From: Flavobacteriales bacterium
Lineage (GTDB): Bacteria > Bacteroidota > Bacteroidia > Flavobacteriales_D > Crocinitomicaceae
Reading direction: 5' to 3'
Assembly: GCA_947476955.1 (NCBI GenBank)
Contig: CANJSS010000002.1
Coordinates: forward strand, 615 to 64,614
Length of the DNA: 64,000 nucleotides
The notes under the pieces were generated by a model. It searched no databases, had not been told where the DNA came from, and worked only from the letters and a program-made list of their open reading frames with translations. Both the position numbers and the translations under genes were made by a program. Positions 36,230 through 45,514 of the stretch are shown piece after piece. Numbering within the stretch: position 1 is the stretch's first letter; each line of letters begins with the position of its first letter.

Positions 36230-37306
36230 ATGATAAACTCAAAGGCTAATATTAGAAATCTAACCTTGGAAGAATTAAAGATTTCCATGGAGAAATTGGG
36301 CGAAAAATCTTTTCGTTCAAAACAGATTTTCGAATGGCTATGGCAAAAAAATGCAGCATCCTTTGAAGAAATGTCTAATCTTAGCAAAGAACTACGACTA
36401 ATTCTCGAAAATCATTTTTACATCGACCACATTGTATTGGATGATCAACAAATCAGCTCTGATAAAACAATAAAATGTGCGTTTTCAATCGGCGAAGGGC
36501 AAGTGGTTGAAGGGGTTTTGATTCCTACAACTTCCAGAACAACAGCTTGTATCTCCTCACAAGTTGGATGCAGCTTATCGTGTACTTTTTGTGCTACTGG
36601 AAAGTTGAAATTAATGCGGAATCTTAGTGCAGGCGAAATCGTGGATCAAGTGGTTTATCTTAAAGATCAAGCAGAAAATCGTTACAATTCTCCATTAACC
36701 AATATCGTTTACATGGGAATGGGGGAACCATTATTAAACTATAAGAATGTCTTGCGCTCGGTCGAAATGCTGACTTCAGAAGAAGGATTGGGGATATCGC
36801 CAAAACGCATAACAGTTTCTACAGCAGGGATTGCTAAAATGATTCGTAAATTGGGCGATGATCAGGTGAAATTCAATCTAGCAATTTCCCTTCATGCAGC
36901 GAACGATAAGAAACGCAGCCATATAATGGAGATAAACGACACAAATAATTTAGCAGAATTAGCAGATTCATTGCGTTATTTTCATGCACAAACAGAATCC
37001 CGTGTTACTTTCGAATATATTATTTTTAAAGATTTCAACGATCAATTGGAAGATGCACAAGAACTTGCTGAATTCACCAAATGTGTTCCGTGCAAAATTA
37101 ATATCATCGAATACAATCCAATTGATGATAGTGAATTCCAGCAAGCCGATAAACAAAAAGTAGATGCATTTGCTTCCTATTTGGAATCTAAAAATCTTGT
37201 CGTAAATATCCGCAGAAGTCGCGGAAAAGATATTGATGCTGCCTGCGGACAATTAGCCAATAAAAACAAAGCAATCTTAAAAAATAATCGGGTTTTAAAA
37301 GCATAA
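36230..37306 (+). CDS. rlmN: 23S rRNA/tRNA (adenine-C2)-methyltransferase, radical SAM.
   Basis: FRSKQIFEWLW N-terminus. Radical-SAM CSLSCTFCATG. C-terminal DIDAACGQL. Confidence 0.94.
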   Translation: MINSKANIRNLTLEELKISMEKLGEKSFRSKQIFEWLWQKNAASFEEMSNLSKELRLILENHFYIDHIVLDDQQISSDKTIKCAFSIGEGQVVEGVLIPTTSRTTACISSQVGCSLSCTFCATGKLKLMRNLSAGEIVDQVVYLKDQAENRYNSPLTNIVYMGMGEPLLNYKNVLRSVEMLTSEEGLGISPKRITVSTAGIAKMIRKLGDDQVKFNLAISLHAANDKKRSHIMEINDTNNLAELADSLRYFHAQTESRVTFEYIIFKDFNDQLEDAQELAEFTKCVPCKINIIEYNPIDDSEFQQADKQKVDAFASYLESKNLVVNIRRSRGKDIDAACGQLANKNKAILKNNRVLKA

Positions 37307-37394
37307 AAGTTGTTCAAGTCAAAACGAAAACTTACTCAAATGTGCTGTTAATAATTTAAACACGCTTTATATTCTATAAAAGCAATCTAACCCG

Positions 37395-37402
37395 TATATT
37401 TG
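37395..37402 (+). promoter_or_regulatory. Candidate -7 box TATATTTG for the polyprenyl synthase gene.
   Basis: Exact TAnnTTTG ending 4 nt before the ATG at 37407. Confidence 0.45.
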
Positions 37403-37406
37403 TCTT

Positions 37407-38378
37407 ATGCTCACCGTAAAGGAAATGATCGCACCAATTAAAATGGAAATGTCGGAATTCGACATCCGTTTTCACCAAAATATGCAGTCAAATGTTGCAT
37501 TGTTAGACAAAATAACACATTATATTATCCGTCGAAAAGGTAAACAAATGCGTCCAATGTTTATTTTTCTCTCCGCAAAAATGCTTGGGGAAGTAAACGA
37601 CAAAACTTACGATGCTGCTTCCTTGGTGGAACTCTTACATACTGCAACTTTAGTGCACGATGATGTGGTAGATGACGCAAATGAAAGAAGGGGTTTTTTC
37701 TCTGTTAATGCACTTTGGAAAAATAAAATTGCTGTTTTAGTAGGAGATTTTATGCTGTCAAAAGTGTTGCTCCTTTCCATCGAGAAAAACAACCTTCGCT
37801 TACTGGAAATCGTTGCCCGTGCTGTGCGCGAAATGAGTGAAGGGGAATTACTGCAAATTGAAAAAGCAAGAAGATTAGACATAACAGAGGAAGTTTATTT
37901 CGATGTTATTAGAAAAAAAACAGCTTCTCTGATTGCAACCTGCTGCGAAGGAGGAGCAATTTCTGTAAATAGAGAAGATATGTCTGCAACGATGCGGCAA
38001 TTTGGAGAACTGGTTGGTTTGGCATTTCAAATAAAAGATGATATTTTTGACTATGGCTCTGAAGAAGGAATTGGAAAGCCAACAGGAAATGACTTACGCG
38101 AACGAAAAATGACATTACCCCTGATTCATGTGCTTAATACAGCACCTAAGAATATTAAAAAAGAATTAATATCCATTGTGAAAAACCACAACGATGATCC
38201 AAAATATATTGCTCGCGGAATTGAATTGGTCGTTTCTGGCGGCGGAATAAAATACGCCACGAATAAAATGATGGAATTAAAAGTACAAGCTTTACAACTT
38301 TTGGATGGAATTCCGGATTCCGAATCCAAACGTTCAATCATTGGACTTGTAGAATATACAACACAAAGAAAAAAATAA
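37407..38378 (+). CDS. Long-chain polyprenyl diphosphate synthase (IspB-like).
   Basis: First Asp-rich motif LVHDDVVDD and second FQIKDDIFDY. 323 aa. Confidence 0.9.
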   Translation: MLTVKEMIAPIKMEMSEFDIRFHQNMQSNVALLDKITHYIIRRKGKQMRPMFIFLSAKMLGEVNDKTYDAASLVELLHTATLVHDDVVDDANERRGFFSVNALWKNKIAVLVGDFMLSKVLLLSIEKNNLRLLEIVARAVREMSEGELLQIEKARRLDITEEVYFDVIRKKTASLIATCCEGGAISVNREDMSATMRQFGELVGLAFQIKDDIFDYGSEEGIGKPTGNDLRERKMTLPLIHVLNTAPKNIKKELISIVKNHNDDPKYIARGIELVVSGGGIKYATNKMMELKVQALQLLDGIPDSESKRSIIGLVEYTTQRKK

Positions 38379-38390
38379 TAACCGATAGAA

Positions 38391-38807
38391 ATGAAACAAA
38401 TTGTTGCGTTACTTATGATGGCTCTTCTTTTTGCGTGTGCAGAAGAAGTTGAAAAACAAATAGCTCCCGAAAAAGAAGAAATTTTAGTGGAAATTAAAAA
38501 CGGAATGTATACGGAATGGTATCCGGGGAAAAAGCAAATTAAATACATGGGTGGTCAAGATGAAGAGCAACGCAGAAATGGTGTTTGGACTTTTTATGGA
38601 CAAGATGGAAAGGAACTTTCTGTAACAATGTATGACCATGGTTTACGCGAAGGTTTTACAGTAGTAAAATACCCGAATGGAGCATTGCATTACCGTGGCG
38701 AATATAGTAAAGATAGAACTGTTGGAATTTGGACAACCTACACTATAAAAGGCGAATTTCAATCAGAACAAGATTTCGGTTACCCTGAACAAGACAGTGT
38801 GCAATAA
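38391..38807 (+). CDS. Lipoprotein with MORN-variant repeats (YwqK-like).
   Basis: Lipobox LLFAC. Repeats of the G-x-W-x-x-Y-x-x-G type (NGVWTFYGQDGK, EGFTVVKYPNGA, VGIWTTYTIKGE). Confidence 0.65.
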   Translation: MKQIVALLMMALLFACAEEVEKQIAPEKEEILVEIKNGMYTEWYPGKKQIKYMGGQDEEQRRNGVWTFYGQDGKELSVTMYDHGLREGFTVVKYPNGALHYRGEYSKDRTVGIWTTYTIKGEFQSEQDFGYPEQDSVQ

Positions 38808-40777
38808 TGTCTAAGATTCCCGCTCATATCATAGATGACATAATGCAAACTTCTCGCATCGAGGAGGTAATTGGCGAATTTGTAAATTTAAAAAGAGCTG
38901 GCTCAAACTTGAAAGGCTTAAGTCCTTTTACAGATGAAAAAACACCTTCCTTTGTTGTTTCACCCGCAAAACAAATATTCAAATGTTTTTCGACTTCTAA
39001 AGGTGGTTCAGTCGTGACCTTCCTAATGGAAAAAGAACATTTTTCCTATCCAGAAGCTTTACGATGGCTAGCAGATAGATATGGTATTCAAATTCCAGAA
39101 GATGAACCAGCAACCGCTGAAGAACTCGCCGCGATAACGGAACGGGAAAGTTTATATATTATCAATGAATTTGCCAAGGAACATTTTCTGAATAATTTAC
39201 AAAACACGAATGAAGGAAAAGCAATCGCACTTTCCTATTTTGAAGAACGTGGATTTCGCAAAGATATAATCCAAAAATTTCAACTAGGATATTGCCTTAA
39301 TTCTGGAAATGAATTCACCAATGCAGCGCTTGCTAAAGGGTATAAATTAGAGTATTTAGAAAAAGTTGGACTCGTAAAAACAAAAGACGAACGCCAATTT
39401 GATTTTTTCAGGGGACGCGTTATATTTCCTATCCATAGCGTTTCAGGTCGGGTACTTGGTTTTGGTGGACGAACATTAATTACTGACAAAAAAATTGCAA
39501 AATATTTCAACTCTCCAGAAAGTATAATCTACAATAAAAGTGAGATTCTATATGGTTTACATTTTGCGAAAGGAGATATTGTAAAATACGATAATTGCTT
39601 CCTTTGTGAAGGATACACCGATGTTATAAGCATGTATCAAGCGGGAATTCAGAATGTCGTATCCTCTTCGGGCACTTCTTTGACGAAGGATCAAATTAAG
39701 TTAATTCGCCGTTACACACAAAATATCACCATATTATTTGACGGGGATTCCGCTGGAATTAAAGCCTCCTTTCGCGGTATAGATTTGATTTTGGAAGAAG
39801 GAATGAATGTGAAAGTCGTTCTATTTCCCGAAGGTGAGGATCCAGATTCCTTTTCTAAAAAATCAAGTACGACAGAACTCGACGCCTATATTAAATCCAG
39901 CACACAAGATTTTATTTCTTTTAAAACAGCTATTTTATTAAAGGATAGTAACAATGACCCAATCAAACGAGCAGAATTAATTCGCGAAATAGTGCATTCT
40001 GTGGCTTTGATTCCGGATCAAATCACTCGAAGTGTTTATTTACAGCAAATTGCAGTAAAATTTGATATTAGCGAACAAATCATTTCCAATGAGCTTATTA
40101 AATTGCGAAAAAATGTTATCGCAAAACAACTGCAAGAACCTGATATTAGAGAGATTCCGGTTGAAAAACAAATTGAGTCGTACCAGCAAATTGACCAACC
40201 GAATACAAACGAAATTTCCTTACACGATGAATTCAATTTGATTCGTTTGATGGTTAAATATGGCACTCGTGTTGTTCAAACCGAACAGTTGGGAGAAGAT
40301 GGGAAATCGGAAATTGTCGAAACTAGCGTTGTCGAATTGATTTTTCACGAACTAGATAAAGATGAATTGACATTCTCTCACCCATTATATTCTAAGATTT
40401 ACACCCTTTTTGCAGAAGGTCTCGCAGAAAAACAATTACTTTCCACACAGTATTTAAAAAGATTGGAAGACCAAGAAATTGTAAAATTTGTCTCTGAAAT
40501 CGAATCAAATGATTATGAATTAAGTACAAAATGGCTCAGTAATTACAACATTGAGACACGTACAGAAGGAGATCGTTTGAATGAAGCAATCAGAAATTCG
40601 ATTCTCGGTTTCAAATCGTTTAAAATTGAAACTAAAATTCGGGAAATACGCTTAAAACTAGAGGATGTTGAAAATCTGACAGATACAGAGATGATGGAGC
40701 TATTAGCCGAGCAAATGGTGTATGAACGCATTAAAATTGTTTTTGCAGATAAATTAGGTCGAATTATTTTACGTTAA
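38807..40777 (+). CDS. dnaG: DNA primase.
   Basis: Zinc-binding-domain homolog (SPFTDEKTPSF). RNA polymerase core GRVIFPI. TOPRIM EGYTDVI ... LFDGDSAG. 656 aa. Confidence 0.93.
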   Translation: MSKIPAHIIDDIMQTSRIEEVIGEFVNLKRAGSNLKGLSPFTDEKTPSFVVSPAKQIFKCFSTSKGGSVVTFLMEKEHFSYPEALRWLADRYGIQIPEDEPATAEELAAITERESLYIINEFAKEHFLNNLQNTNEGKAIALSYFEERGFRKDIIQKFQLGYCLNSGNEFTNAALAKGYKLEYLEKVGLVKTKDERQFDFFRGRVIFPIHSVSGRVLGFGGRTLITDKKIAKYFNSPESIIYNKSEILYGLHFAKGDIVKYDNCFLCEGYTDVISMYQAGIQNVVSSSGTSLTKDQIKLIRRYTQNITILFDGDSAGIKASFRGIDLILEEGMNVKVVLFPEGEDPDSFSKKSSTTELDAYIKSSTQDFISFKTAILLKDSNNDPIKRAELIREIVHSVALIPDQITRSVYLQQIAVKFDISEQIISNELIKLRKNVIAKQLQEPDIREIPVEKQIESYQQIDQPNTNEISLHDEFNLIRLMVKYGTRVVQTEQLGEDGKSEIVETSVVELIFHELDKDELTFSHPLYSKIYTLFAEGLAEKQLLSTQYLKRLEDQEIVKFVSEIESNDYELSTKWLSNYNIETRTEGDRLNEAIRNSILGFKSFKIETKIREIRLKLEDVENLTDTEMMELLAEQMVYERIKIVFADKLGRIILR

Positions 40778-40779
40778 TT

Positions 40780-41892
40780 ATGCTCAGTCAATCTCTTTTT
40801 AAATTAGGACCCTACAATGTTTGCCTTTGGAACATTATTATATTATCCATAATATTTTTCACTTCAGTTATTTTAAGACGTGTTATCCACAGAGTATTAC
40901 GGCGCTACCTTAAAAGTGCAAATATTCGCGTGGAAGGCCGCGGACTAACTTGGCTAAAACTTATAAGCCAAAGTATTTACATCCTGGCTTTTTATATTGC
41001 CATTATTAGTTTTAACATCAATAATGAGGATGTTACTTTTGCCGATTTTTTGGATTTCAAGATAATTGAATCACGCAATTTCACCTTAAGTTTTTACCAT
41101 ATTCTTGTGATATTCGCAGTGTTTTTTGGCGCTAGAATGCTGTTAAATATTGTAAAAATTTACATTAGTAAAAAGTTCAGAAATAAACCAAATTTCAATG
41201 CAGGAACTGAATTTATCTATGTTCAAATTGCAAAATATGTGATTTATATTTTTGCTATTCTTATAAGTTTAAAAGCTGTTGAAATTGATCTTTCCCTTTT
41301 AATTACAGGTTCATTAGGTATTTTTGTTGGAATTGGCTTGGGTTTACAGGACGTTTTTAAAGATATGTTCTCCGGTTTTGTGCTCTTATTTGAAGGAAAT
41401 GTGCGTGTTGGAGATATTGTAGAAATTTCAAATGGTGGAAAATCAGACGCAATCGTTGCTAAAATCTTGAAAATCAATATCAGAACGACCCAAATTGAAA
41501 CGCGTGAAGGAAATGTTTTGATTTTACCCAATTCAAAATTAACCCAGGAGTATGTCGAAAACTGGAGCCATGGTTCAGATTTGACGCGCTTCATGATAAA
41601 AGTTTCTGTCGCCTATGGAACAGATGGCGAGTTAGTTTCCCGACTTCTTAAACAAGCTGCTCTTGCGCATCCAATAGTAAGAAAGTCAGAACCGGTAGAT
41701 GTTCGCTTGTCGAATTTTGGAAATAGCGGTTTGGAATTAGATCTTGTTTTTTGGGCAGATCAAAGCTGGGATATTAATTTACATAAATCAGAAATCCGCT
41801 TTGAAATTGACCGCCTTTTTCGACAATATGAAATCGTTATTCCTTTTCCCCAAAATACTATTCATTTTGCGGATAAAACAATTTTGAAATAA
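40780..41892 (+). CDS. Mechanosensitive ion channel (MscS family).
   Basis: 4-5 N-terminal TM helices. MscS beta domain VRVGDIVEI...IRTTQIETREGNVLILPNSKL. Confidence 0.85.
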   Translation: MLSQSLFKLGPYNVCLWNIIILSIIFFTSVILRRVIHRVLRRYLKSANIRVEGRGLTWLKLISQSIYILAFYIAIISFNINNEDVTFADFLDFKIIESRNFTLSFYHILVIFAVFFGARMLLNIVKIYISKKFRNKPNFNAGTEFIYVQIAKYVIYIFAILISLKAVEIDLSLLITGSLGIFVGIGLGLQDVFKDMFSGFVLLFEGNVRVGDIVEISNGGKSDAIVAKILKINIRTTQIETREGNVLILPNSKLTQEYVENWSHGSDLTRFMIKVSVAYGTDGELVSRLLKQAALAHPIVRKSEPVDVRLSNFGNSGLELDLVFWADQSWDINLHKSEIRFEIDRLFRQYEIVIPFPQNTIHFADKTILK

Positions 41893-41908
41893 CGAATCTT
41901 CGTTTTTT
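41891..41908 (+). terminator. Weak intrinsic terminator after the MscS gene.
   Basis: AACGA-atct-TCGTT (5-bp stem) followed by TTTT. It overlaps the stop codon. Confidence 0.3.
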
Positions 41909-41933
41909 ATTTTACAAATTTAAAACTCGAAAA

Positions 41934-42647
41934 TCAAACAAGCAAAAGCTTATAGCGTTGAATTGTATTCTCTAATCCTAAATAAAGTGCATCCGAAATC
42001 AAAGCGTGTCCAATGGATACTTCCGCTAAAAAAGGGATTGAACTTTTGAAAAAATTTAAATTTTCCAAACTCAAATCATGTCCGGCATTGATTCCAATAC
42101 CAAGTGCATGCGCCAATTCAGCAGCTTGAATATATTCTTGAATTGCCTTAGCTGGATTTTGCAAGAAATTTTCAGCGTATGGGCCAGTATACAACTCAAT
42201 TCTGTCCACACCTGTTTTTGCTGCAAATTCAATATTAGTCAAATTTGTGTCGCAAAATATAGAACTTCTGACTCCTTGACTTCTAAATTGCTGCACTAAA
42301 TCTGTCAATAAGTCTAGGTTTTTTTGTGTGTCCCAGCCTGCATTAGAAGTTAAAACAGTTGGAGGATCTGGAACCAAGGTTGCTTGTGCAGGACGAATTT
42401 CTTCAATTATTTTTAAAAAACGAGTATCCGGAAATCCTTCAATATTGAACTCCGTTTTTACCGCTTTCTTTAAATCGTAAACATCTTGAAGGGTAATATG
42501 TCTTTCGTCCGGTCGCGGATGAACGGTTATTCCATCTGCTCCAAAACGCTCGCAATCCATTGCAACTTGAACAACATTTGGAGTATTCCCGCCTCTCGCA
42601 TTGCGGATAGTTGCTATTTTATTGATATTGACACTTAACATAGTCAT
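41934..42647 (-). CDS. pdxJ: Pyridoxine 5'-phosphate synthase.
   Basis: Start set to the ATG at 42647 ([20 protein letters not shown]). HPRPDERHI and EVSIGHALI motifs. Confidence 0.93.
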   Translation of the reverse strand: MTMLSVNINKIATIRNARGGNTPNVVQVAMDCERFGADGITVHPRPDERHITLQDVYDLKKAVKTEFNIEGFPDTRFLKIIEEIRPAQATLVPDPPTVLTSNAGWDTQKNLDLLTDLVQQFRSQGVRSSIFCDTNLTNIEFAAKTGVDRIELYTGPYAENFLQNPAKAIQEYIQAAELAHALGIGINAGHDLSLENLNFFKSSIPFLAEVSIGHALISDALYLGLENTIQRYKLLLV

Positions 42648-42671
42648 AATACGGTACAATTTTTGACAATT

Positions 42672-42694
42672 CAAAAGTACAAAGATCAAAAGTA
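42672..42694 (-). promoter_or_regulatory. Two tandem candidate -7 boxes (TACTTTTG on the minus strand) for pdxJ.
   Basis: The plus strand carries CAAAAGTA twice (42672-42679 and 42687-42694) within the direct repeat TCAAAAGTA. Confidence 0.35.
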
Positions 42695-42716
42695 TTTTAC
42701 TACTTTGGCAGTAACA

Positions 42717-43379
42717 ATGAGAGCAAAAGAATTAATAACAGAAGAAATCCCTCCCCTAACACACACGGATTCAGGTGAAAAAGCCTTGAGATGGATGGAT
42801 GAATTTAAAGTTTCACATTTACCCGTTTTGAAGAATGGTAATTTCGTTGGTGTAATTTCTGAATCCGATGTTTTAGATAAAATAGACATTGTAGAATCAC
42901 TGGATAAATTATTTGACCATCTTCCTCGTCCATATGTTTTTGAAAATGCACATATTTACGAAGTCCTTTCGAAAATTTCAGAACACCGTATAAGTATATT
43001 GCCAATCTTAGATGAAAATGAAAATTACCTTGGATGCACTAGCGTTTACCATTTGCTTACCGTAATTGCAAACACTGGAAGTATCAAAGAAACGGGAGGG
43101 ATAATTGTTTTGGAAGTTAATAATATGGATTACTCTATGGCACAAATCGCACAAATTGTTGAAAGCAATAGCGCAAAAATTTTAAGTTCCTATATTATGT
43201 CTTCCGTAGATTCCACGAAATTGGAAGTAACATTGAAAATAAATCAAGTCGAGTTGACCCGTATTATCCGGACATTTGAACGGTACGATTATATCATTAA
43301 AGAATCTTACCAAAAAAGTGAGGGCGACGAAGATATTCAAAATCGGTACGATGCATTAATGAACTTTTTGAAATTTTAA
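42717..43379 (+). CDS. CBS-pair domain protein.
   Basis: Start set to the ATG at 42717 ([14 protein letters not shown]). Two CBS-like units ([20 protein letters not shown] and [21 protein letters not shown]). Confidence 0.75.
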   Translation: MRAKELITEEIPPLTHTDSGEKALRWMDEFKVSHLPVLKNGNFVGVISESDVLDKIDIVESLDKLFDHLPRPYVFENAHIYEVLSKISEHRISILPILDENENYLGCTSVYHLLTVIANTGSIKETGGIIVLEVNNMDYSMAQIAQIVESNSAKILSSYIMSSVDSTKLEVTLKINQVELTRIIRTFERYDYIIKESYQKSEGDEDIQNRYDALMNFLKF

Positions 43380-43380
43380 G

Positions 43381-44259
43381 ATGAACGTAGCAATTTATGG
43401 CCCTAAGATTACCAAAGAAAATAGTGTCTACTTCAAAGAAGTATTAGATACACTAGCCGCATTTGGTTGGAACCCAATCTTAGAAAAAAACCTGAAAAAT
43501 CAAATGGTTAAGAAAATGAACTTGTCCGATAAAATGGATGAATTTTCTACTCATTCAGATTTTCATAAAGGGATTGATTTAACAATGAGTATTGGTGGCG
43601 ATGGAACATTTATAAAGAGTGTCGGTTTTGTTCGGGATTCCGGAGTCCCAATCCTAGGCATAAACACAGGTAGATTAGGCTTTCTAGCAACCATATCTAA
43701 GGATCAGATTTTTAGCACAATGGAACAGGTAAAGCAAAAGAAATTTGAGCACCAAAAAAGGTCACTTTTGCGCATCGATACGGAAGAAAATTTATTTGGA
43801 GAAGATAATTTCGCACTGAACGAAGTGACTTTTCATAAAAAAGATACTTCATCCATGCTCACTGTTCATGCTTATTTAGATGATAATTATTTGAATTCCT
43901 ATTGGGCTGATGGCTTAATTGTGGCTACACCAACTGGATCAACGGCATATAGTTTAAGTTGTGGAGGACCAATTATAACGCCTGGTTGCCAAGTACATAT
44001 TTTAACACCAATTGCGGCACACAATCTGAATGTGCGTCCAATGGTTGTTCCTGATCACATGCCAATTAAAGTGAGTATAGAAGGAAGAGAGCGAAAATAC
44101 TTAATCAGTTTGGATGGAAATTCAAAAAATATTCGCGAAGGAGAAGAAGTCCTAGTTACAAAAGCTGAATTTATGATTAATGTAATTAAATTTGAAAAAA
44201 ATAATTTCTTAGATACAATTCGAAATAAGATGATGTGGGGAATTGATAAACGAAATTAA
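43381..44259 (+). CDS. nadK: NAD kinase.
   Basis: SIGGDGTFI, NTGRLGFL and ATPTGSTAYSLSCGGPI motifs. Confidence 0.93.
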   Translation: MNVAIYGPKITKENSVYFKEVLDTLAAFGWNPILEKNLKNQMVKKMNLSDKMDEFSTHSDFHKGIDLTMSIGGDGTFIKSVGFVRDSGVPILGINTGRLGFLATISKDQIFSTMEQVKQKKFEHQKRSLLRIDTEENLFGEDNFALNEVTFHKKDTSSMLTVHAYLDDNYLNSYWADGLIVATPTGSTAYSLSCGGPIITPGCQVHILTPIAAHNLNVRPMVVPDHMPIKVSIEGRERKYLISLDGNSKNIREGEEVLVTKAEFMINVIKFEKNNFLDTIRNKMMWGIDKRN

Positions 44260-44318
44260 AATTAAATGTAAATTATATCTTTATTTTGAATACTAATTTT
44301 AACTCAAACAAATAAAAA

Positions 44319-45458
44319 ATGAAAACAATTGTATTAATTCTTACGGTAATGATAACCGGAATGTCTATTGCACAAAAAGGCAAAAAAGCAAAAATGGAAC
44401 CTGGAATTTACGTGGAGTTCAACACCACTAAAGGCTCAATTCTTTGCCAATTGGAATACAAAAAAACACCTATGACAGTTGCAAACTTCGTTGGATTAGC
44501 AGAAGGTAAATTTACGGTCATGGATACGTTGTCATTTTCAAAACCATTTTATGACGGACTTAAGTTCCACCGTGTAATAAAAGATTTTATGATTCAAGGT
44601 GGTGATCCTGATGGAACAGGCGCTGGAGGTCCAAAACACCGTTTCTATGATGAAATTCATCCAGATTTAAAACATTCAGTACCGGGTATCCTCTCTATGG
44701 CAAACTCAGGTCCTGCAACAAACGGCAGTCAATTCTTCATTACCCACAAAGAAACTCCGTGGTTGGATGGAAAACATACCGTTTTTGGTCACGTAATTGC
44801 TGGACAAGACATTGTAAATAAAATCGAACAAGGAGATATAATGACAACCGTAAAAATAATGCGTGTTGGAAAGGAAGCAAAGAAATGGAATGCTTCTAAA
44901 GTTTTCATGGCTGAATATTCCAAAATAAAAGAAAAAGAGGCGGAAAAATTGGCAGCAGCGAAATTAGCGGATGCAGCGCGCGAAGCGTATATCCAAAAAA
45001 TATCGGGTATGTCAGAAGAAGAATATAAATCATTTATGTATTCAGAGATAAAATCAAAATACCCAGCAGCACAGTTATCTCCTTCTGGTTTGGTGTATAT
45101 TATTGAGAATCCGGGTCAAGGAATTAAACCAACAAAAGGAGCAAGTATGTCCGTTCATTACCGTGGAACATTCAGACTAGATGGAATGCAGTTTGATGCA
45201 TCATACGACAGAGGCCAGCCAATGGATTTTAAATACATTGATAACAGAATGATTCCAGGATTTGAAGAAGGTTTGGGAATGCTATCCAAGGGCGGAAAAG
45301 CAAAATTCATTATCCCGTATTTCCAAGCGTATGGAAAAGATGGGCGACCTGGAGCAATTCCTCCCTACTCAGATTTGGTTTTTGACGTGGAAATAATGAA
45401 CATTGGAGATAGCCACGAAGGACATAATCATGGTGAGAACGAAGGTGGTGACCACTAA
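44319..45458 (+). CDS. Secreted dual peptidyl-prolyl isomerase: cyclophilin domain fused to an FKBP domain, with a His-rich C-terminal tail.
   Basis: Signal peptide. Cyclophilin motifs FHRVIKDFMIQGGDP, MANSGPATNGSQFFIT and HTVFGHV. FKBP motifs VHYRGTF..DGMQFDASYDRGQP, IPGFEEGL and LVFDVEI. Tail DSHEGHNHGENEGGDH. Confidence 0.88.
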   Translation: MKTIVLILTVMITGMSIAQKGKKAKMEPGIYVEFNTTKGSILCQLEYKKTPMTVANFVGLAEGKFTVMDTLSFSKPFYDGLKFHRVIKDFMIQGGDPDGTGAGGPKHRFYDEIHPDLKHSVPGILSMANSGPATNGSQFFITHKETPWLDGKHTVFGHVIAGQDIVNKIEQGDIMTTVKIMRVGKEAKKWNASKVFMAEYSKIKEKEAEKLAAAKLADAAREAYIQKISGMSEEEYKSFMYSEIKSKYPAAQLSPSGLVYIIENPGQGIKPTKGASMSVHYRGTFRLDGMQFDASYDRGQPMDFKYIDNRMIPGFEEGLGMLSKGGKAKFIIPYFQAYGKDGRPGAIPPYSDLVFDVEIMNIGDSHEGHNHGENEGGDH

Positions 45459-45481
45459 TAAGTTACTTGATTAAATAATTT

Positions 45482-45514
45482 AAAAGAGATTTACTTATGT
45501 GAATCTCTTTTTTT
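45482..45514. terminator. Bidirectional intrinsic terminator between convergent genes.
   Basis: 10-bp stem aaaagagatt / aatctctttt with a 10-nt loop. T-run on the plus strand and A-run upstream. Confidence 0.6.
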
